From an uncultured Thermodesulfovibrio sp. (GTDB taxonomy: Bacteria > Nitrospirota > Thermodesulfovibrionia > Thermodesulfovibrionales > JdFR-85): a stretch of DNA of 64,000 nt. A program made the translations under genes and the position numbers. Of this stretch, positions 35,361-45,867 are shown one piece after another. Position 1 is the first letter of the stretch; each line of letters opens with the position of its first letter. Location: positions 8,891 to 72,890 of the forward strand of contig CAZITN010000001.1 in the NCBI GenBank assembly GCA_964542175.1. The letters are read 5' to 3'. Below the pieces are notes generated by a model. The model was not told where the DNA came from. It worked only from the letters and a program-made list of their open reading frames with translations, and made no database searches.

Positions 35361-36638
35361 ATGGAATCCATCCCCATAGGATCTACAAACAATCTTTTAG
35401 GCCTTGCAGCCATTGTAGTATGTATAGCCATAGTTGCATTTCTCTCAAGCTCTGAGGCATCCCTCATCTCAGTCAACAGGATAAGAATCCGGAACCTCAA
35501 GGAGAAAAGAGACAAAAGGGCTGAGATCGTAAACAGCATCCTTTCTGAACACGAGAGGCTCTTCGGAACGATCCTGCTTACAGAGAATTTTTTCATCATC
35601 CTTGCCACTTCGCTGGGTACGGCCATACTACTGAACATCCTTGGTGAAGACGGCTGGTGGATCGCCTCCCTGATCATGACCGTCCTTGTTGTACTGATAG
35701 GTGAGATAACCCCAAAGACTATTGCAGTCAGTCATGCGGACAGTTTCGCACTGAGAGTTGCCCGTCCCATAAGGTTTCTGATAAAGGTGACTCATCCTGT
35801 AGTCTGGTTTTTTACCAGGTTGCCAGGCTGGTTGCTGAAGACCTTCGGGGCCGAGATCCCCACGTCTCCTTTCATAACAGAAGAGGATATAAAGACGATG
35901 ATAGACCTTGGGGAGGAGTCGGGATCACTCATGGAAGAGGAAAAGGAGATGCTTCACAAGGTCTTTGAGTTCGGTGATACCATAGCTTCAGAGACCATGG
36001 TTCCAAGAACGGACATCGTTTCTGTCAAGGAGGACGCCGTTGTATCGGAAGCGCTTGAACTTGTCAGGGAAAAGGGGTTTTCCAGATATCCCGTAATCCG
36101 GGAGAAGATTGACAATATTGTGGGTATCCTCTACATAAAAGATATTCTGATTAAGATGTCTGAAGACAGGATTACAGATGAGACTCCGATAAAGGAGTTC
36201 ATAAGGGATGCCTATTTCATTCCCGAAAATAAGAAGGTGAGTGAACTCCTGAATGAGATGCAGAAAAAGAAGTTTCAGATTGCCATAGTCATGGATGAAT
36301 ATGGAGGCACTGCCGGACTCATCACGCTTGAGGATCTTATGGAGGAGATAGTCGGGAGCCTCCAGGACGAGTTTGAGAAGATGGAGGCTGAAAAGGATGT
36401 GGAGGTAATAGATGAAAGGACCTTTATTGTTGCCGGGTCAACACCACTTGACGAAGCCGGAGATCTCCTTGATATCAAGCTTGAAAGCAGTGACTTTCAT
36501 ACAGTGGGAGGTTTTGTCTTCGGGCTCTTCGGGAGGCTTCCCAAGGAAGGTGAGCAGATCAGGTACCATAATCTGAGATTCCTTATCCTGGAGATGGATG
36601 GAAGGAAGGTGGCAAAACTCAAGATAACAAAGTTGTAA
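35361..36638 (+). CDS. hemolysin-family / CorC-type membrane protein (DUF21-CBS pair-CorC_HlyC)
   Basis: N-terminal TM DUF21 domain, two CBS domains and a C-terminal CorC domain. Confidence 0.85.
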   Translation: MESIPIGSTNNLLGLAAIVVCIAIVAFLSSSEASLISVNRIRIRNLKEKRDKRAEIVNSILSEHERLFGTILLTENFFIILATSLGTAILLNILGEDGWWIASLIMTVLVVLIGEITPKTIAVSHADSFALRVARPIRFLIKVTHPVVWFFTRLPGWLLKTFGAEIPTSPFITEEDIKTMIDLGEESGSLMEEEKEMLHKVFEFGDTIASETMVPRTDIVSVKEDAVVSEALELVREKGFSRYPVIREKIDNIVGILYIKDILIKMSEDRITDETPIKEFIRDAYFIPENKKVSELLNEMQKKKFQIAIVMDEYGGTAGLITLEDLMEEIVGSLQDEFEKMEAEKDVEVIDERTFIVAGSTPLDEAGDLLDIKLESSDFHTVGGFVFGLFGRLPKEGEQIRYHNLRFLILEMDGRKVAKLKITKL

Positions 36639-36717
36639 GCAGTGTTGAATCAACGGAATGCCCGATATGGTCGGATTGTTTGACAGCAGTAATCATCAGA
36701 ATGATAAGGAGGTAGTC

Positions 36718-37650
36718 TTGAGAAAAAAGGTCTCCATAATAGGCGCCGGGAACGTGGGTGCAACCCTTGCCGAGCTCATTGCCCAGTCAGGGCTTGCAGA
36801 CATTGTCCTTTACGATATCATGGAAGGACTCCCCCAGGGCAAGGCCCTTGATATCCTGGAAGCAACACCCCTGTGGGGTGTCAGCCTGCAAATCCTTGGC
36901 ACAAACAGTCTCGATCCCCTCAAGGGTTCTGATATAGTAGTAATCACGGCAGGGGCTGCAAGAAAGCCGGGCATGTCGCGGGATGACCTCCTTGAGATAA
37001 ATGCCTCGGTAATAAAGAACGTGAGTGAGAATCTCCGGGAACTCTGTCCGAATGCCATAATCATCGTTGTTACAAACCCTATGGATGTTATGGCCCAGTA
37101 TTGCTGGGAGGTGGCATGCTTTCCGGCAGGGAAGGTCATGGGGATGGGCGGTGTCCTTGACTCTGCAAGGTTCAGGACCTTTGTCTCCCTTGAGCTGGGT
37201 GTCTCACCTGAGGATGTGGAAGCCCTTGTTCTCGGCGGCCACGGAGACCAGATGGTTCCGATGCCGAGGTTCACGACCGTAAGGGGCATACCGATAACTG
37301 AACTTCTTGATCAGGAAAGAATTGAGTCTCTTATAGAAAGGACCCGGAATGGCGGGGCGGAAATTGTCTCCCTGCTGAAAACAGGGAGTGCCTATTATGC
37401 TCCGGCTGCCTCGACTTTCCAGATGGTCAAGGCTATTGTAGTTGATGAAAAGCGTGTATTACCGGCAGCCACTTATCTTGACGGTCAGTACGGTGTTGAA
37501 GGATATTTCGTGGGCGTTCCAGTGGTTCTAGGCGGTGAAGGGGTGGAAAGGATCATCGAACTTGAACTGACCGATACGGAGAGGGAGTTCTTTTCTGTCT
37601 CTGTAAATGCTGTAAAAACACTTGTCAATAAACTCAGGAACAAAGACTAA
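36718..37650 (+). CDS. mdh: malate dehydrogenase (LDH-like type)
   Basis: KVSIIGAGNVGATLA Rossmann motif. Start set at TTG 36718 with AAGGAGG 5 nt upstream; the track ATG 36658 adds a non-homologous 20-aa extension. Confidence 0.88.
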   Translation: MRKKVSIIGAGNVGATLAELIAQSGLADIVLYDIMEGLPQGKALDILEATPLWGVSLQILGTNSLDPLKGSDIVVITAGAARKPGMSRDDLLEINASVIKNVSENLRELCPNAIIIVVTNPMDVMAQYCWEVACFPAGKVMGMGGVLDSARFRTFVSLELGVSPEDVEALVLGGHGDQMVPMPRFTTVRGIPITELLDQERIESLIERTRNGGAEIVSLLKTGSAYYAPAASTFQMVKAIVVDEKRVLPAATYLDGQYGVEGYFVGVPVVLGGEGVERIIELELTDTEREFFSVSVNAVKTLVNKLRNKD

Positions 37651-37675
37651 ATACTGTTAAAGGAGGTCTAAGCCA

Positions 37676-38185
37676 ATGGGCATGGAACCAACACTCGTTA
37701 TCATCAAACCAGATGGGTTGAAGAAGTCTCTGACAGGTGACATTCTTTCCCGCCTCTCCGAGACCAAGCTCAAGATCATAGCAGCAAAGATTATGAAAGT
37801 GCCAAAGGAACTTGCAGAGAAGCACTATCAGCACCTGAGGGAAGAACCCTTCTTTGATGAGCTGATAAGATACATCACCGGCAAGATCCATGGTGAGAAC
37901 AGGGTGATGGCAATGGTCTATTACGGTGAAGGGGCCATTTCCAAGATACGCGAGATAGCCGGTGCGACGAACCCTGAAGAGGCAAATCCTGTCTCGATCC
38001 GGGGGGCCTATGGGAGGATCCTTACATCAGGAATTTTCGAGAATGTAATTCATGCCTCCAGCAGTGAAGATGAGGCTGAGAGGGAGATCAAGCTCTGGTT
38101 CGAGCCTGATGAGATCGTGATGGACCTGTATCCTACGGAGGAGAAGGTCTTTGAGAAGGTAAGAAAGCGGGTCTGGAAGGAGTAG
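37676..38185 (+). CDS. ndk: nucleoside diphosphate kinase
   Basis: TLVIIKPDG and NVIHASSS (catalytic His). It has a slightly extended C-terminus. Confidence 0.85.
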   Translation: MGMEPTLVIIKPDGLKKSLTGDILSRLSETKLKIIAAKIMKVPKELAEKHYQHLREEPFFDELIRYITGKIHGENRVMAMVYYGEGAISKIREIAGATNPEEANPVSIRGAYGRILTSGIFENVIHASSSEDEAEREIKLWFEPDEIVMDLYPTEEKVFEKVRKRVWKE

Positions 38186-38198
38186 AGTAGCAGCCCGG

Positions 38199-38999
38199 TT
38201 ACATCAGAATTATCCGCCTGAACAGGAGATCTGCCATCTCCTGATTGATTTTCTTGAGTCTGTTGTAAACTGCGAGGGCTTCATCTTTCATTCCGAGGCT
38301 TATATAAACATACCCAAGGCCTGCGAGGGCGTCGTCGTAGTCCGGCTTTAACTTCAGGGCGCGGGTAAATTCACTGATGGCTTCATAGAGCCTCCCTGTT
38401 GCAAGGAGGCAGTACCCTGCCCCGTTATGGTAGTCAGGAATTGTTTTATCAAAATATATCGCCTTCCTGAACCAGGGCAGGGCGGCTTCAGGATCGCCGC
38501 TTTTCAATAAAGCCGTCCCATACCAGCCGTGAAGCGCATGGCTTTCAGGATATTTTTCAAGCCCCCTGCTGATATGTTCTATGGCTTCGTTGTACCTGCC
38601 CTTAAGAACAAGTTCATTTACTTTGAGGAGTGTATCATCCAGAATATCCTCTCTCTTCTCTACTGGAGTTTCTTCTATCCTCTCCTCTCCTGCCCAGGGA
38701 TGCTCGATTTTCTCAATATAAGCGTCCTTTGAGACCTGTCTGAGTGCCTTCACTACGGCGAGGGCCTCTTTTCTGGATCTGAAAAGGCCGGCTTTAACCA
38801 GTATGAACTTACCCTTTCTAACCATGAAAGATTCCAGATCAGGAAATTTCTTCTTTATAAGCTCTACCTGTCTCAGCGCGTTGGTCTCCTTTCTGAATAG
38901 CCCGGTCTGGATTGTATATGTATCGGCTGAACACTCCTCATCCATAAACAAAATCAACAGAAGCGGAAACAGAACTATCATGAAAATCTTCCTATTCAT
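38199..38999 (-). CDS. SPOR domain + TPR repeat protein (secreted/anchored)
   Basis: N-terminal signal/anchor, a SPOR-like region (YTIQTGLFRKETNA...) and TPR repeats. Confidence 0.7.
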   Translation of the reverse strand: MNRKIFMIVLFPLLLILFMDEECSADTYTIQTGLFRKETNALRQVELIKKKFPDLESFMVRKGKFILVKAGLFRSRKEALAVVKALRQVSKDAYIEKIEHPWAGEERIEETPVEKREDILDDTLLKVNELVLKGRYNEAIEHISRGLEKYPESHALHGWYGTALLKSGDPEAALPWFRKAIYFDKTIPDYHNGAGYCLLATGRLYEAISEFTRALKLKPDYDDALAGLGYVYISLGMKDEALAVYNRLKKINQEMADLLFRRIILM

Positions 39000-39076
39000 G
39001 GCAAATATAAGATATCGGAATGGGCTGTAAAATTTCCATAAAACAGCAATTACTTAAAAATATGACTTTAGTTTAA

Positions 39077-39105
39077 TTGACAAATATAACTTTATATAGT
39101 ATTAT
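39077..39105 (+). promoter_or_regulatory. candidate sigma70 promoter of the psr-like operon
   Basis: TTGACA-N17-TATTAT, located 40 nt upstream of the ATG. Confidence 0.5.
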
Positions 39106-39144
39106 TAGAAGCAAGAGGGATATTCCTGGTGAAAGGAGATGACC

Positions 39145-41346
39145 ATGGCGGTTACGAGACGGGATTTTATCAGATTTTCAGCTCTCGGTCTGGCGAGCGG
39201 GATGCTTGCAGCAGGGGATTTCTTCAACCCCCTGATGGCAATGGGGCCAGACAAACAGAAGGATATACGGCATGTCCCTACTGTATGCTTCATGTGTTTC
39301 TGGCAGTGCGGGGTGATTGCAAGAGTCGAAAACGGAAGGGTGGTCAAACTTGAGGGCAACCCCTACCATCCCCTCAGCCGGGGTAAGCTTTGTGCCAGGG
39401 GAAATGCCGGAATGGGTCTCCTCTACGATGAAGACAGACTGAAAGCTCCCCTGATCCGGACCGGCCCTAGGGGAGAGAACAGATACAGGAAGGTATCCTG
39501 GGATGAGGCCCTTGGTTTTGTGGCAGATAAGATGGACAGGATAAAGAAGGATTACGGCCCTGAGGCCATGGCACTCATAATGCACGGTCCAGGCGGTGAC
39601 TTCTTCATGAATCTCCTCCAGGCATACGGTTCCATGAACATTGCTGCCCCGTCCTATTCAATGTGTATTGGTGCCCGTAACGAAGCCTTTCATATGACCT
39701 TTGGCGACAATCCCGGCGGTGCAGAACGCGTAGACATGGTCAACAGCAGGGTGATCGTCTTCTTCGGCACCCATCTCGGTGAGAACATGCATAACTCACT
39801 GAACCAGGATTATGCAGAGGCGATCTCAAGGGGAGCAGAACTTATCGTGGTAGATCCAAGGTTCTCAACCGCAGCAGGCAAGGCAAAACACTGGCTCCCG
39901 ATAAAGCCCGGCACTGACATGGCACTCCTTCTCGCATGGATCCATGTAATAATCCGGGAAGGATGGTATGACAGAGACTATGTGGAGAAATATACTCGGG
40001 GGTTTGAGAAACTCAGAAAGTCTGTCAGGAAATATACACCTGAGTGGGCCTCCCGGATTACAGACATTCCCCGTGAGAAGATAATAGAGACAGCAAGGGA
40101 GATAGGAAGATATGCCCCCCATGTTTGTATCCACCCTGGCAGGCATTCCACCTGGCATGGAAACGATGCACAGCGGGAACGGGCCAGGGCTATACTCATT
40201 GCAATCCTCGGGAGTTGGGGAAGAAAGGGAGGGCACTACCTCAAGCCAAAGGCGCCCTCCTATCTGAAGAAAAGGCCCTTCAAACTCCCGTCTTACCCGG
40301 AGATGGAGAAGGATCCCGTCCAGTTCGGTGACTATCCCTTTGCAGGCGGGGAGGGTGTGGTTCCCGAGATCAGAAGGGCCACTATCGAGGCTACACCCTA
40401 TCCCGTCAAGGGATGGGTAGTCATCGGGACCAATCTGATGAAATCCCTTCCCAACCAGAGAGAGACACTGGAGGCCATCAACAATCTCGACCTCCTCGTG
40501 GCTGTTGATGTCATGCCCTTTGATACGGTCAAGCTGGCAGACGTGATACTTCCTGAGGCAACTTACCTTGAACGATATGACCCCCTTATAAAGGTAACGC
40601 AGAAAAGCCTCGGGATTGCACTGAGACAGCCTGTGGTAAAACCCATGTATGAGACAAAGCCTGCATGGTGGATAGCAAAGGGGATTGCTGAAAAGCTTGG
40701 CCTCGGGGCCTATTTCCCTTACAGCGACTATGAGGAATATATTTTCAAGCAGACAGAACTCTGGGGTATTGATATCGACGAACTGAGATCAAAGGGGTAT
40801 ATTCCTCTGGAAGGAACTGCCGCTCCATACATCACGCCTGAAAATCCTCCGCACTTCGGGACGGAATCGGGCAAGATAGAACTCTACAGTGAGGAACTGG
40901 AGATGTACGGGTTTGACCCCATTCCTGAGTATGCTCCCGTTGATGAACCACCGGATGGGTACTTCCGTCTCCTCTACGGACGAAGTCCTGTTCATACATT
41001 CAGCAGGACGACGAACAACCGATGGCTCTGGGAACTGAAGAAAGAGAATGAGGTCTGGGTAAATCATACAGTAGCCTTCCGGCTCGGTATCATGACTGGA
41101 GACTGTGTGGTACTTGAGAACCAGGATGGTGTGAAGAGCAATCCCGTCAAGGTTAAGGCGACCAGCAGGATACGGCCCGATGCCGTATATATGGTACATG
41201 GTTTCGGTGTAAATTCCAGGGATCTTAAGAGGGCCTATCTTAGAGGAGCAGATGACCAGAGGCTGATCACCAAATACAGCATGGATCCCATAACGGGCAC
41301 TGCCGGGATGAGGGTGAACTTTGTAAAAATCGTCAAGGAGGCATGA
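39145..41346 (+). CDS. Tat-exported molybdopterin oxidoreductase catalytic subunit (PsrA/PhsA/TtrA-like)
   Basis: RRDFIRFSALGLASG Tat leader and an N-terminal 4Fe-4S motif CFMCFWQCG...C. It has MopB and molybdopterin dinucleotide-binding domains. Confidence 0.85.
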   Translation: MAVTRRDFIRFSALGLASGMLAAGDFFNPLMAMGPDKQKDIRHVPTVCFMCFWQCGVIARVENGRVVKLEGNPYHPLSRGKLCARGNAGMGLLYDEDRLKAPLIRTGPRGENRYRKVSWDEALGFVADKMDRIKKDYGPEAMALIMHGPGGDFFMNLLQAYGSMNIAAPSYSMCIGARNEAFHMTFGDNPGGAERVDMVNSRVIVFFGTHLGENMHNSLNQDYAEAISRGAELIVVDPRFSTAAGKAKHWLPIKPGTDMALLLAWIHVIIREGWYDRDYVEKYTRGFEKLRKSVRKYTPEWASRITDIPREKIIETAREIGRYAPHVCIHPGRHSTWHGNDAQRERARAILIAILGSWGRKGGHYLKPKAPSYLKKRPFKLPSYPEMEKDPVQFGDYPFAGGEGVVPEIRRATIEATPYPVKGWVVIGTNLMKSLPNQRETLEAINNLDLLVAVDVMPFDTVKLADVILPEATYLERYDPLIKVTQKSLGIALRQPVVKPMYETKPAWWIAKGIAEKLGLGAYFPYSDYEEYIFKQTELWGIDIDELRSKGYIPLEGTAAPYITPENPPHFGTESGKIELYSEELEMYGFDPIPEYAPVDEPPDGYFRLLYGRSPVHTFSRTTNNRWLWELKKENEVWVNHTVAFRLGIMTGDCVVLENQDGVKSNPVKVKATSRIRPDAVYMVHGFGVNSRDLKRAYLRGADDQRLITKYSMDPITGTAGMRVNFVKIVKEA

Positions 41347-41347
41347 G

Positions 41348-41905
41348 ATGCCTGAATACGCTATGGTTATAGACCAGAGGAGATGCGTGGGATGTCTTGC
41401 CTGCATTGTAGCATGCAAAAGGGAGAATGATGTTCCTCCTGAGCATTACAGGACAAGGGTCGTGGAAGAGGTAAGCGGAGCCTATCCGGAACTCAGACTT
41501 GAACTCCGGTCAGAGCTGTGTAATCACTGTGACAATCCTCCCTGTGTATATAACTGCCCGACCGGTGCTTCCCATAAAAGGGATGACGGGACTGTCCAGA
41601 TTAAACGGAAGAAATGTGTCGGCTGCAAGGCCTGCATTGCTGCATGCCCCTATAATGCAAGGTACATCCATCCCGAGCATGGGTATGCAGACAAGTGCTC
41701 CTTCTGCGAGCACAGGATAAGGGAGGGCAAGGAGCCAGCCTGTGTTGCGACTTGCATCGGAAAATCGAGGATCTTCGGCGACCTTGACGATCCGGAAAGC
41801 GAGGTCTCAAAGATACTCAGGCGTTTTGAGCCAAGGGTGCTTCTGAAAGAGGCGGGAACAAAGCCAAGGGTCTTTTATGTAAGAAGATTTTCCAGACCAG
41901 AATAG
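41348..41905 (+). CDS. 4Fe-4S ferredoxin subunit (PsrB/NrfC-like)
   Basis: Four Cys clusters: CVGCLACIVAC, CNHCDNPPC, CVGCKACIAAC and CSFC. Confidence 0.88.
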   Translation: MPEYAMVIDQRRCVGCLACIVACKRENDVPPEHYRTRVVEEVSGAYPELRLELRSELCNHCDNPPCVYNCPTGASHKRDDGTVQIKRKKCVGCKACIAACPYNARYIHPEHGYADKCSFCEHRIREGKEPACVATCIGKSRIFGDLDDPESEVSKILRRFEPRVLLKEAGTKPRVFYVRRFSRPE

Positions 41906-41913
41906 GAGGAACC

Positions 41914-42903
41914 ATGGAGATAACCATTACAGGGACAAATACCATAACCTACCCTCATATGCACATATGGGACTGGAGGATTGCTGCCTATCTCTTTCTG
42001 GGTGGCCTTACTGCCGGCGCCCTCGTCATGTCTGCAGTGGCTAACCTGAGAAAAAGCAAGAATGAGCCCAGAGACCGGGCCTGCTGCATAAAGGTTCCAC
42101 TTATCTCACCTTTCATCCTGAGTGTGGGGATGATTTTTATCTTCTTCGATCTTGAGAGGAAGCTCAACTCATTCTGGTTCTATCTCTCCTTTCAGCCCCT
42201 TTCTCCCATGTCCTGGGGGGCCTGGGGTGTGGGTTTGATCATTCCCTTGAGTTTTCTCTACGGACTTTCCACCGTACCCGACGAACTAAGGGAGATGTTG
42301 CGGTTTGGATTTCTGAAAAGGCTTTCTGCAAGGCTCTATCCCCACATGAGGAGGCTTGCAGCCCTCAATTTCGTTCTTGGAATATTCCTTGGAATATATA
42401 CTGGTGTCCTTCTGAGTGCCTTTGTTGCAAGACCGCTCTGGAACTCGGCAATACTCCCGATTCTCTTCCTGAATTCGGCCCTCTCAACTGGAGCGGCCCT
42501 TGTAATCATAATGGCACGAAGAAATGAAGTGAAGCTCTTTTTCACCAAGGTCGATATCTGGCTGATCTTTGCAGAGATTACTGTGCTGGCACTATTTTTC
42601 TACGGCCACTACACTTCTTCTGAGGTTCACAGGGAAGCGATAATGCCCTTTTTTACCTTCTCCCATGAGTTCTTCCCCTACTGGATGAGTATCTTCACAT
42701 TAAGTATAATCTTTCCTCTTGCTCTCGTGCTCAAGTTTCTCGAGACAAAGACCGACGTATCCGGAAGTCTGACCGGGGCAGAGAAGTTCAGGATGAACCT
42801 GAGCGCTCTCCTTGTACTTGTGGGAGGACTTATTATAAGGCTTGCCGTTGTATATGCAGGACAGTTAAGCGGGTTTTCGGAGCTTGTATCCCACCTGAAA
42901 TAG
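41914..42903 (+). CDS. NrfD/PsrC-type integral membrane quinol-interacting subunit
   Basis: About 8 TM helices. It has an NrfD-like N-terminus (WDWRIAAYLFLGGLTAG). Confidence 0.82.
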   Translation: MEITITGTNTITYPHMHIWDWRIAAYLFLGGLTAGALVMSAVANLRKSKNEPRDRACCIKVPLISPFILSVGMIFIFFDLERKLNSFWFYLSFQPLSPMSWGAWGVGLIIPLSFLYGLSTVPDELREMLRFGFLKRLSARLYPHMRRLAALNFVLGIFLGIYTGVLLSAFVARPLWNSAILPILFLNSALSTGAALVIIMARRNEVKLFFTKVDIWLIFAEITVLALFFYGHYTSSEVHREAIMPFFTFSHEFFPYWMSIFTLSIIFPLALVLKFLETKTDVSGSLTGAEKFRMNLSALLVLVGGLIIRLAVVYAGQLSGFSELVSHLK

Positions 42904-42960
42904 GCAGGCCGGTCTATTTATTAACTGTCTCGTAATAATTTCAGCACCTAGGGACAGGTT

Positions 42961-43107
42961 GCAGGCAGTGCTGGTGAGGGCATCAGATTAGCGATACCTT
43001 TAGTCCCTTTTAACGATGTAAAGGTCATGGCACTAAGCCTCACAGGGTTAAGCCCTGTGTAATTAAAGCCCATCGCATTAATCTGTGCCCGAAACAGTAA
43101 TGCCTGC
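42961..43107. ncRNA. candidate structured RNA / structured intergenic element (family not recognised)
   Basis: Nested helices: gcaggca/tgcctgc; gggca-cagatta-gcgat/atcgc-taatctg-tgccc; accttta/taaaggt; cacaggg/ccctgtg. It lies between convergent genes. Confidence 0.35.
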
Positions 43108-43219
43108 TATCTATACGTAAAGCATGCAGTGTGTAATTTCTACTATGAGACTTTTAATACCTCAATGTTGCACAAAGATGAGATCCGGCTTTGTGTTACA
43201 ATTTAAGCAACTGCAAGGT

Positions 43220-44446
43220 CTATTGAGAAGGACTGGCCAGATCAAAGGCATCGTGGAGGACCCGGACGGCAAGTTCAGTGTATTTTGAATCTATGACACA
43301 GGAGACCTTTATCTCCGATGTGCTTATCATCTTGATGTTTATCCCCTGGTCTGCGAGGGTCTGAAACATCTTGGCAGCCACGCCTGAATGAGTCTTCATA
43401 CCAACACCCACTATGGAGACCTTGGCAATATTTTCATCAATTGAGACCCCCTTTGCACCAAGTCCGTTCACGATTTCGTCTGTGAGGGGCCTGGCCTTGG
43501 GAAGGTCCGTCTTGGGGATGGTAAAGGATATATCCGTTGATTTACCATCACTGCTTATATTCTGAACGATCATATCCACCACTATACTGGCATCGGCTAT
43601 CGTCTTGAAGAGATGGCCGGCGATGCCGGGCCTGTCAGGCACCCCCAGTATTGTGACCTTGGCCTGGTTCTTGTCGTAGGCGACTCCAGAAACAAGCACC
43701 TGCTCCATATTGCTGTCCTCCTTCACAACGAGTGTCCCCGGTGCATCCACGAAGCTGGATCTTACCACGAGGGGAACATTGTATTTCATGGCAAATTCTA
43801 CAGACCGGGTCTGGAGCACCTTGGCTCCAAGGCTTGCAAGCTCGAGCATCTCCTCGTAGGAGATCCTTTCCAGTTTCCTTGCCTCAGGGACTATGTTGGG
43901 GTCTGTAGTATACACTCCCTCCACATCAGTGTATATCTCGCAGAGGTCTGCATCGAGGGCAGAGGCTATTGCAACTGCAGTCAGATCAGAGCCCCCGCGT
44001 CCAAGGGTTGTTACATCACCTTCATCCTCGGTGATTCCCTGAAATCCGGCTACCACGACTATATATCCCTCATCGAGGGCACGCTTTGCCTTGTCTCCGG
44101 AGATCCTCGCAATCTTGGCCTTTGTATGAACCGTATCTGTTATGATTCCCACCTGTCTGCCTGTGAGGGCGATGGCCTTGTGGCCGAGTTCCTGGATCGC
44201 CATCGCAGTGAGGGCACTCGTTATGCGCTCACCCGTTGAAAGCAGAAGGTCCATCTCCCGTTCATCAGGATTGGATGATACCCGCTGGGCAAGCTCAATC
44301 AGCTTGTCCGTCTCTCCGGCCATTGCAGAGACCACAACGACGACCCTGTTGCCGTCTCTGGCGGTATTCACCACTCTCTCGGCGACCTTCTTTATACGCT
44401 CAATGTCTGCAACAGAAGTCCCACCGTATTTCTGTACAATCAACAT
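43220..44446 (-). CDS. lysC: aspartate kinase
   Basis: [10 protein letters not shown]-terminus and two C-terminal ACT domains. SD is GAGGTG. Confidence 0.93.
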   Translation of the reverse strand: MLIVQKYGGTSVADIERIKKVAERVVNTARDGNRVVVVVSAMAGETDKLIELAQRVSSNPDEREMDLLLSTGERITSALTAMAIQELGHKAIALTGRQVGIITDTVHTKAKIARISGDKAKRALDEGYIVVVAGFQGITEDEGDVTTLGRGGSDLTAVAIASALDADLCEIYTDVEGVYTTDPNIVPEARKLERISYEEMLELASLGAKVLQTRSVEFAMKYNVPLVVRSSFVDAPGTLVVKEDSNMEQVLVSGVAYDKNQAKVTILGVPDRPGIAGHLFKTIADASIVVDMIVQNISSDGKSTDISFTIPKTDLPKARPLTDEIVNGLGAKGVSIDENIAKVSIVGVGMKTHSGVAAKMFQTLADQGINIKMISTSEIKVSCVIDSKYTELAVRVLHDAFDLASPSQ

Positions 44447-44650
44447 ATCTCAATCACCTCTTCTTTGATGAACCTGAAATTAAGCGACTCTTCTGGTGAA
44501 ATCTCCGGAAATCTTCCTGAGGGACGTCAGAATACCAACCATCAGTCTTCCACCCATCGGCTGAACAAATTTTCTCTTTTGTAAATCTCACATTTATTGC
44601 GTTAAATGGGGTTACGAAACGCCTCTACATGTCCTGCTTAAGATAAATTC

Positions 44651-45859
44651 TCAACTCAGGATGAAATGATCCATCAACTGGAACCCCTTATCAAAAATCG
44701 TTATACCATCAACCCCGGCAATCCTTTCATCAAAGCCGTTTATCTTGTTGTCCTCATCCTTCCTGCTGTCATAGATTACAAAGGGGACAGGCTCGACTGA
44801 ATGGGTCCTTATCTCCAGAGGGGTAGGGTGGTCAGGGAGCAGAAGGATCCTGAACTCCTCAAGAGACCGGGCCCCTCTCAGCACGGTTCCAACCACCAGG
44901 GCGTCAAAATCCTCAATCGCCTTGATCTTGTCTTCCACCTTGCCTCCGTGTCCTGCCTCATCAGGGGCTTCCACATGGACATAAGTGAAATCATGCCTTT
45001 CAAGGGACTTGAGGGCATACTCCGCCTTTCCGGTGTAATTCGTGTCAAGATAACCGGTCACCCCCGGTACATCAAGGATTTCGAGCCCGGCATATATACC
45101 AAGACCCTTTGTGAGATCCACGGCGCTCACGAGGGAGCCCGTTATTCCGTACTTTTCCTGGTAGGTCGGCATCGATGGCTTTCTCCCCTGTCCCCAGAGC
45201 CAGATACTGTTGGCCGGTCTCTTGCCCTCGGAAACCCGCTTCCTGTTTACCTCATGGCCTTCAAGGATACCAACGGACTCCTTCATCAACTGCCGGAGTG
45301 TCTCCTCTCCTTCACCGCAGGGCAGGTATTCAGTTATCTCCTTCCCAAGAATATCGTGGGGAGGAATACATTCAGCCCTTTCCTTCCCCCCGTGCCAGAC
45401 CATCAGGTGCCGGTAGCTCACACCGGGATAAAAGGAGAAATCCCCTCCGCCAAGTCTTGAGTTGATCTCTTCAATAAGGATTCTTGCCTCATCTGATGAT
45501 ATATGTCCGGCACTGTAATCCTCCATTATCGCCCTGTCCCTTGTCCGGTTGTACTTGAGCGTGACCAGATTGCACCGGAATGCAATATCATCAGGACCAA
45601 GCTCGATCCCCATACTCGCTGCTTCGAGGGGTGCCCGTCCCGAATAGTAGAGGGAAGGGTCATACCCCAAAATGGAGAGGTTCGCCACATCAGAGCCGGC
45701 CGTAAAACCTTCAGGGATAGTCCGGACCATCCCGGGCCTTCCGGTCCGGACAAGCCTGTCCATATTCGGAGTAAAGGCTGACTGGAGCGGCGTCTTTCCT
45801 CTAAGAGACTGCACAGGACGGTCTGCCATCCCGTCGCCTATGAGTACGATATATTTCAT
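44651..45859 (-). CDS. cofactor-independent phosphoglycerate mutase family protein (ApgM type); by context possibly non-canonical homoserine kinase
   Basis: MKYIVLIGDGMADRP N-terminus and metalloenzyme superfamily motifs. It sits between lysC and thrC. Confidence 0.75.
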   Translation of the reverse strand: MKYIVLIGDGMADRPVQSLRGKTPLQSAFTPNMDRLVRTGRPGMVRTIPEGFTAGSDVANLSILGYDPSLYYSGRAPLEAASMGIELGPDDIAFRCNLVTLKYNRTRDRAIMEDYSAGHISSDEARILIEEINSRLGGGDFSFYPGVSYRHLMVWHGGKERAECIPPHDILGKEITEYLPCGEGEETLRQLMKESVGILEGHEVNRKRVSEGKRPANSIWLWGQGRKPSMPTYQEKYGITGSLVSAVDLTKGLGIYAGLEILDVPGVTGYLDTNYTGKAEYALKSLERHDFTYVHVEAPDEAGHGGKVEDKIKAIEDFDALVVGTVLRGARSLEEFRILLLPDHPTPLEIRTHSVEPVPFVIYDSRKDEDNKINGFDERIAGVDGITIFDKGFQLMDHFILS

Positions 45860-45867
45860 GGGTAATC

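Noticed and set aside
44447-44650. Possible lysine riboswitch (L-box) in the 200-nt leader of lysC, based on an AGAGGCG and GCCGATGG resemblance
   Set aside because: I could not find a P1 closing helix or the other conserved L-box blocks by eye. Only a cmscan with RF00168 could rescue this.
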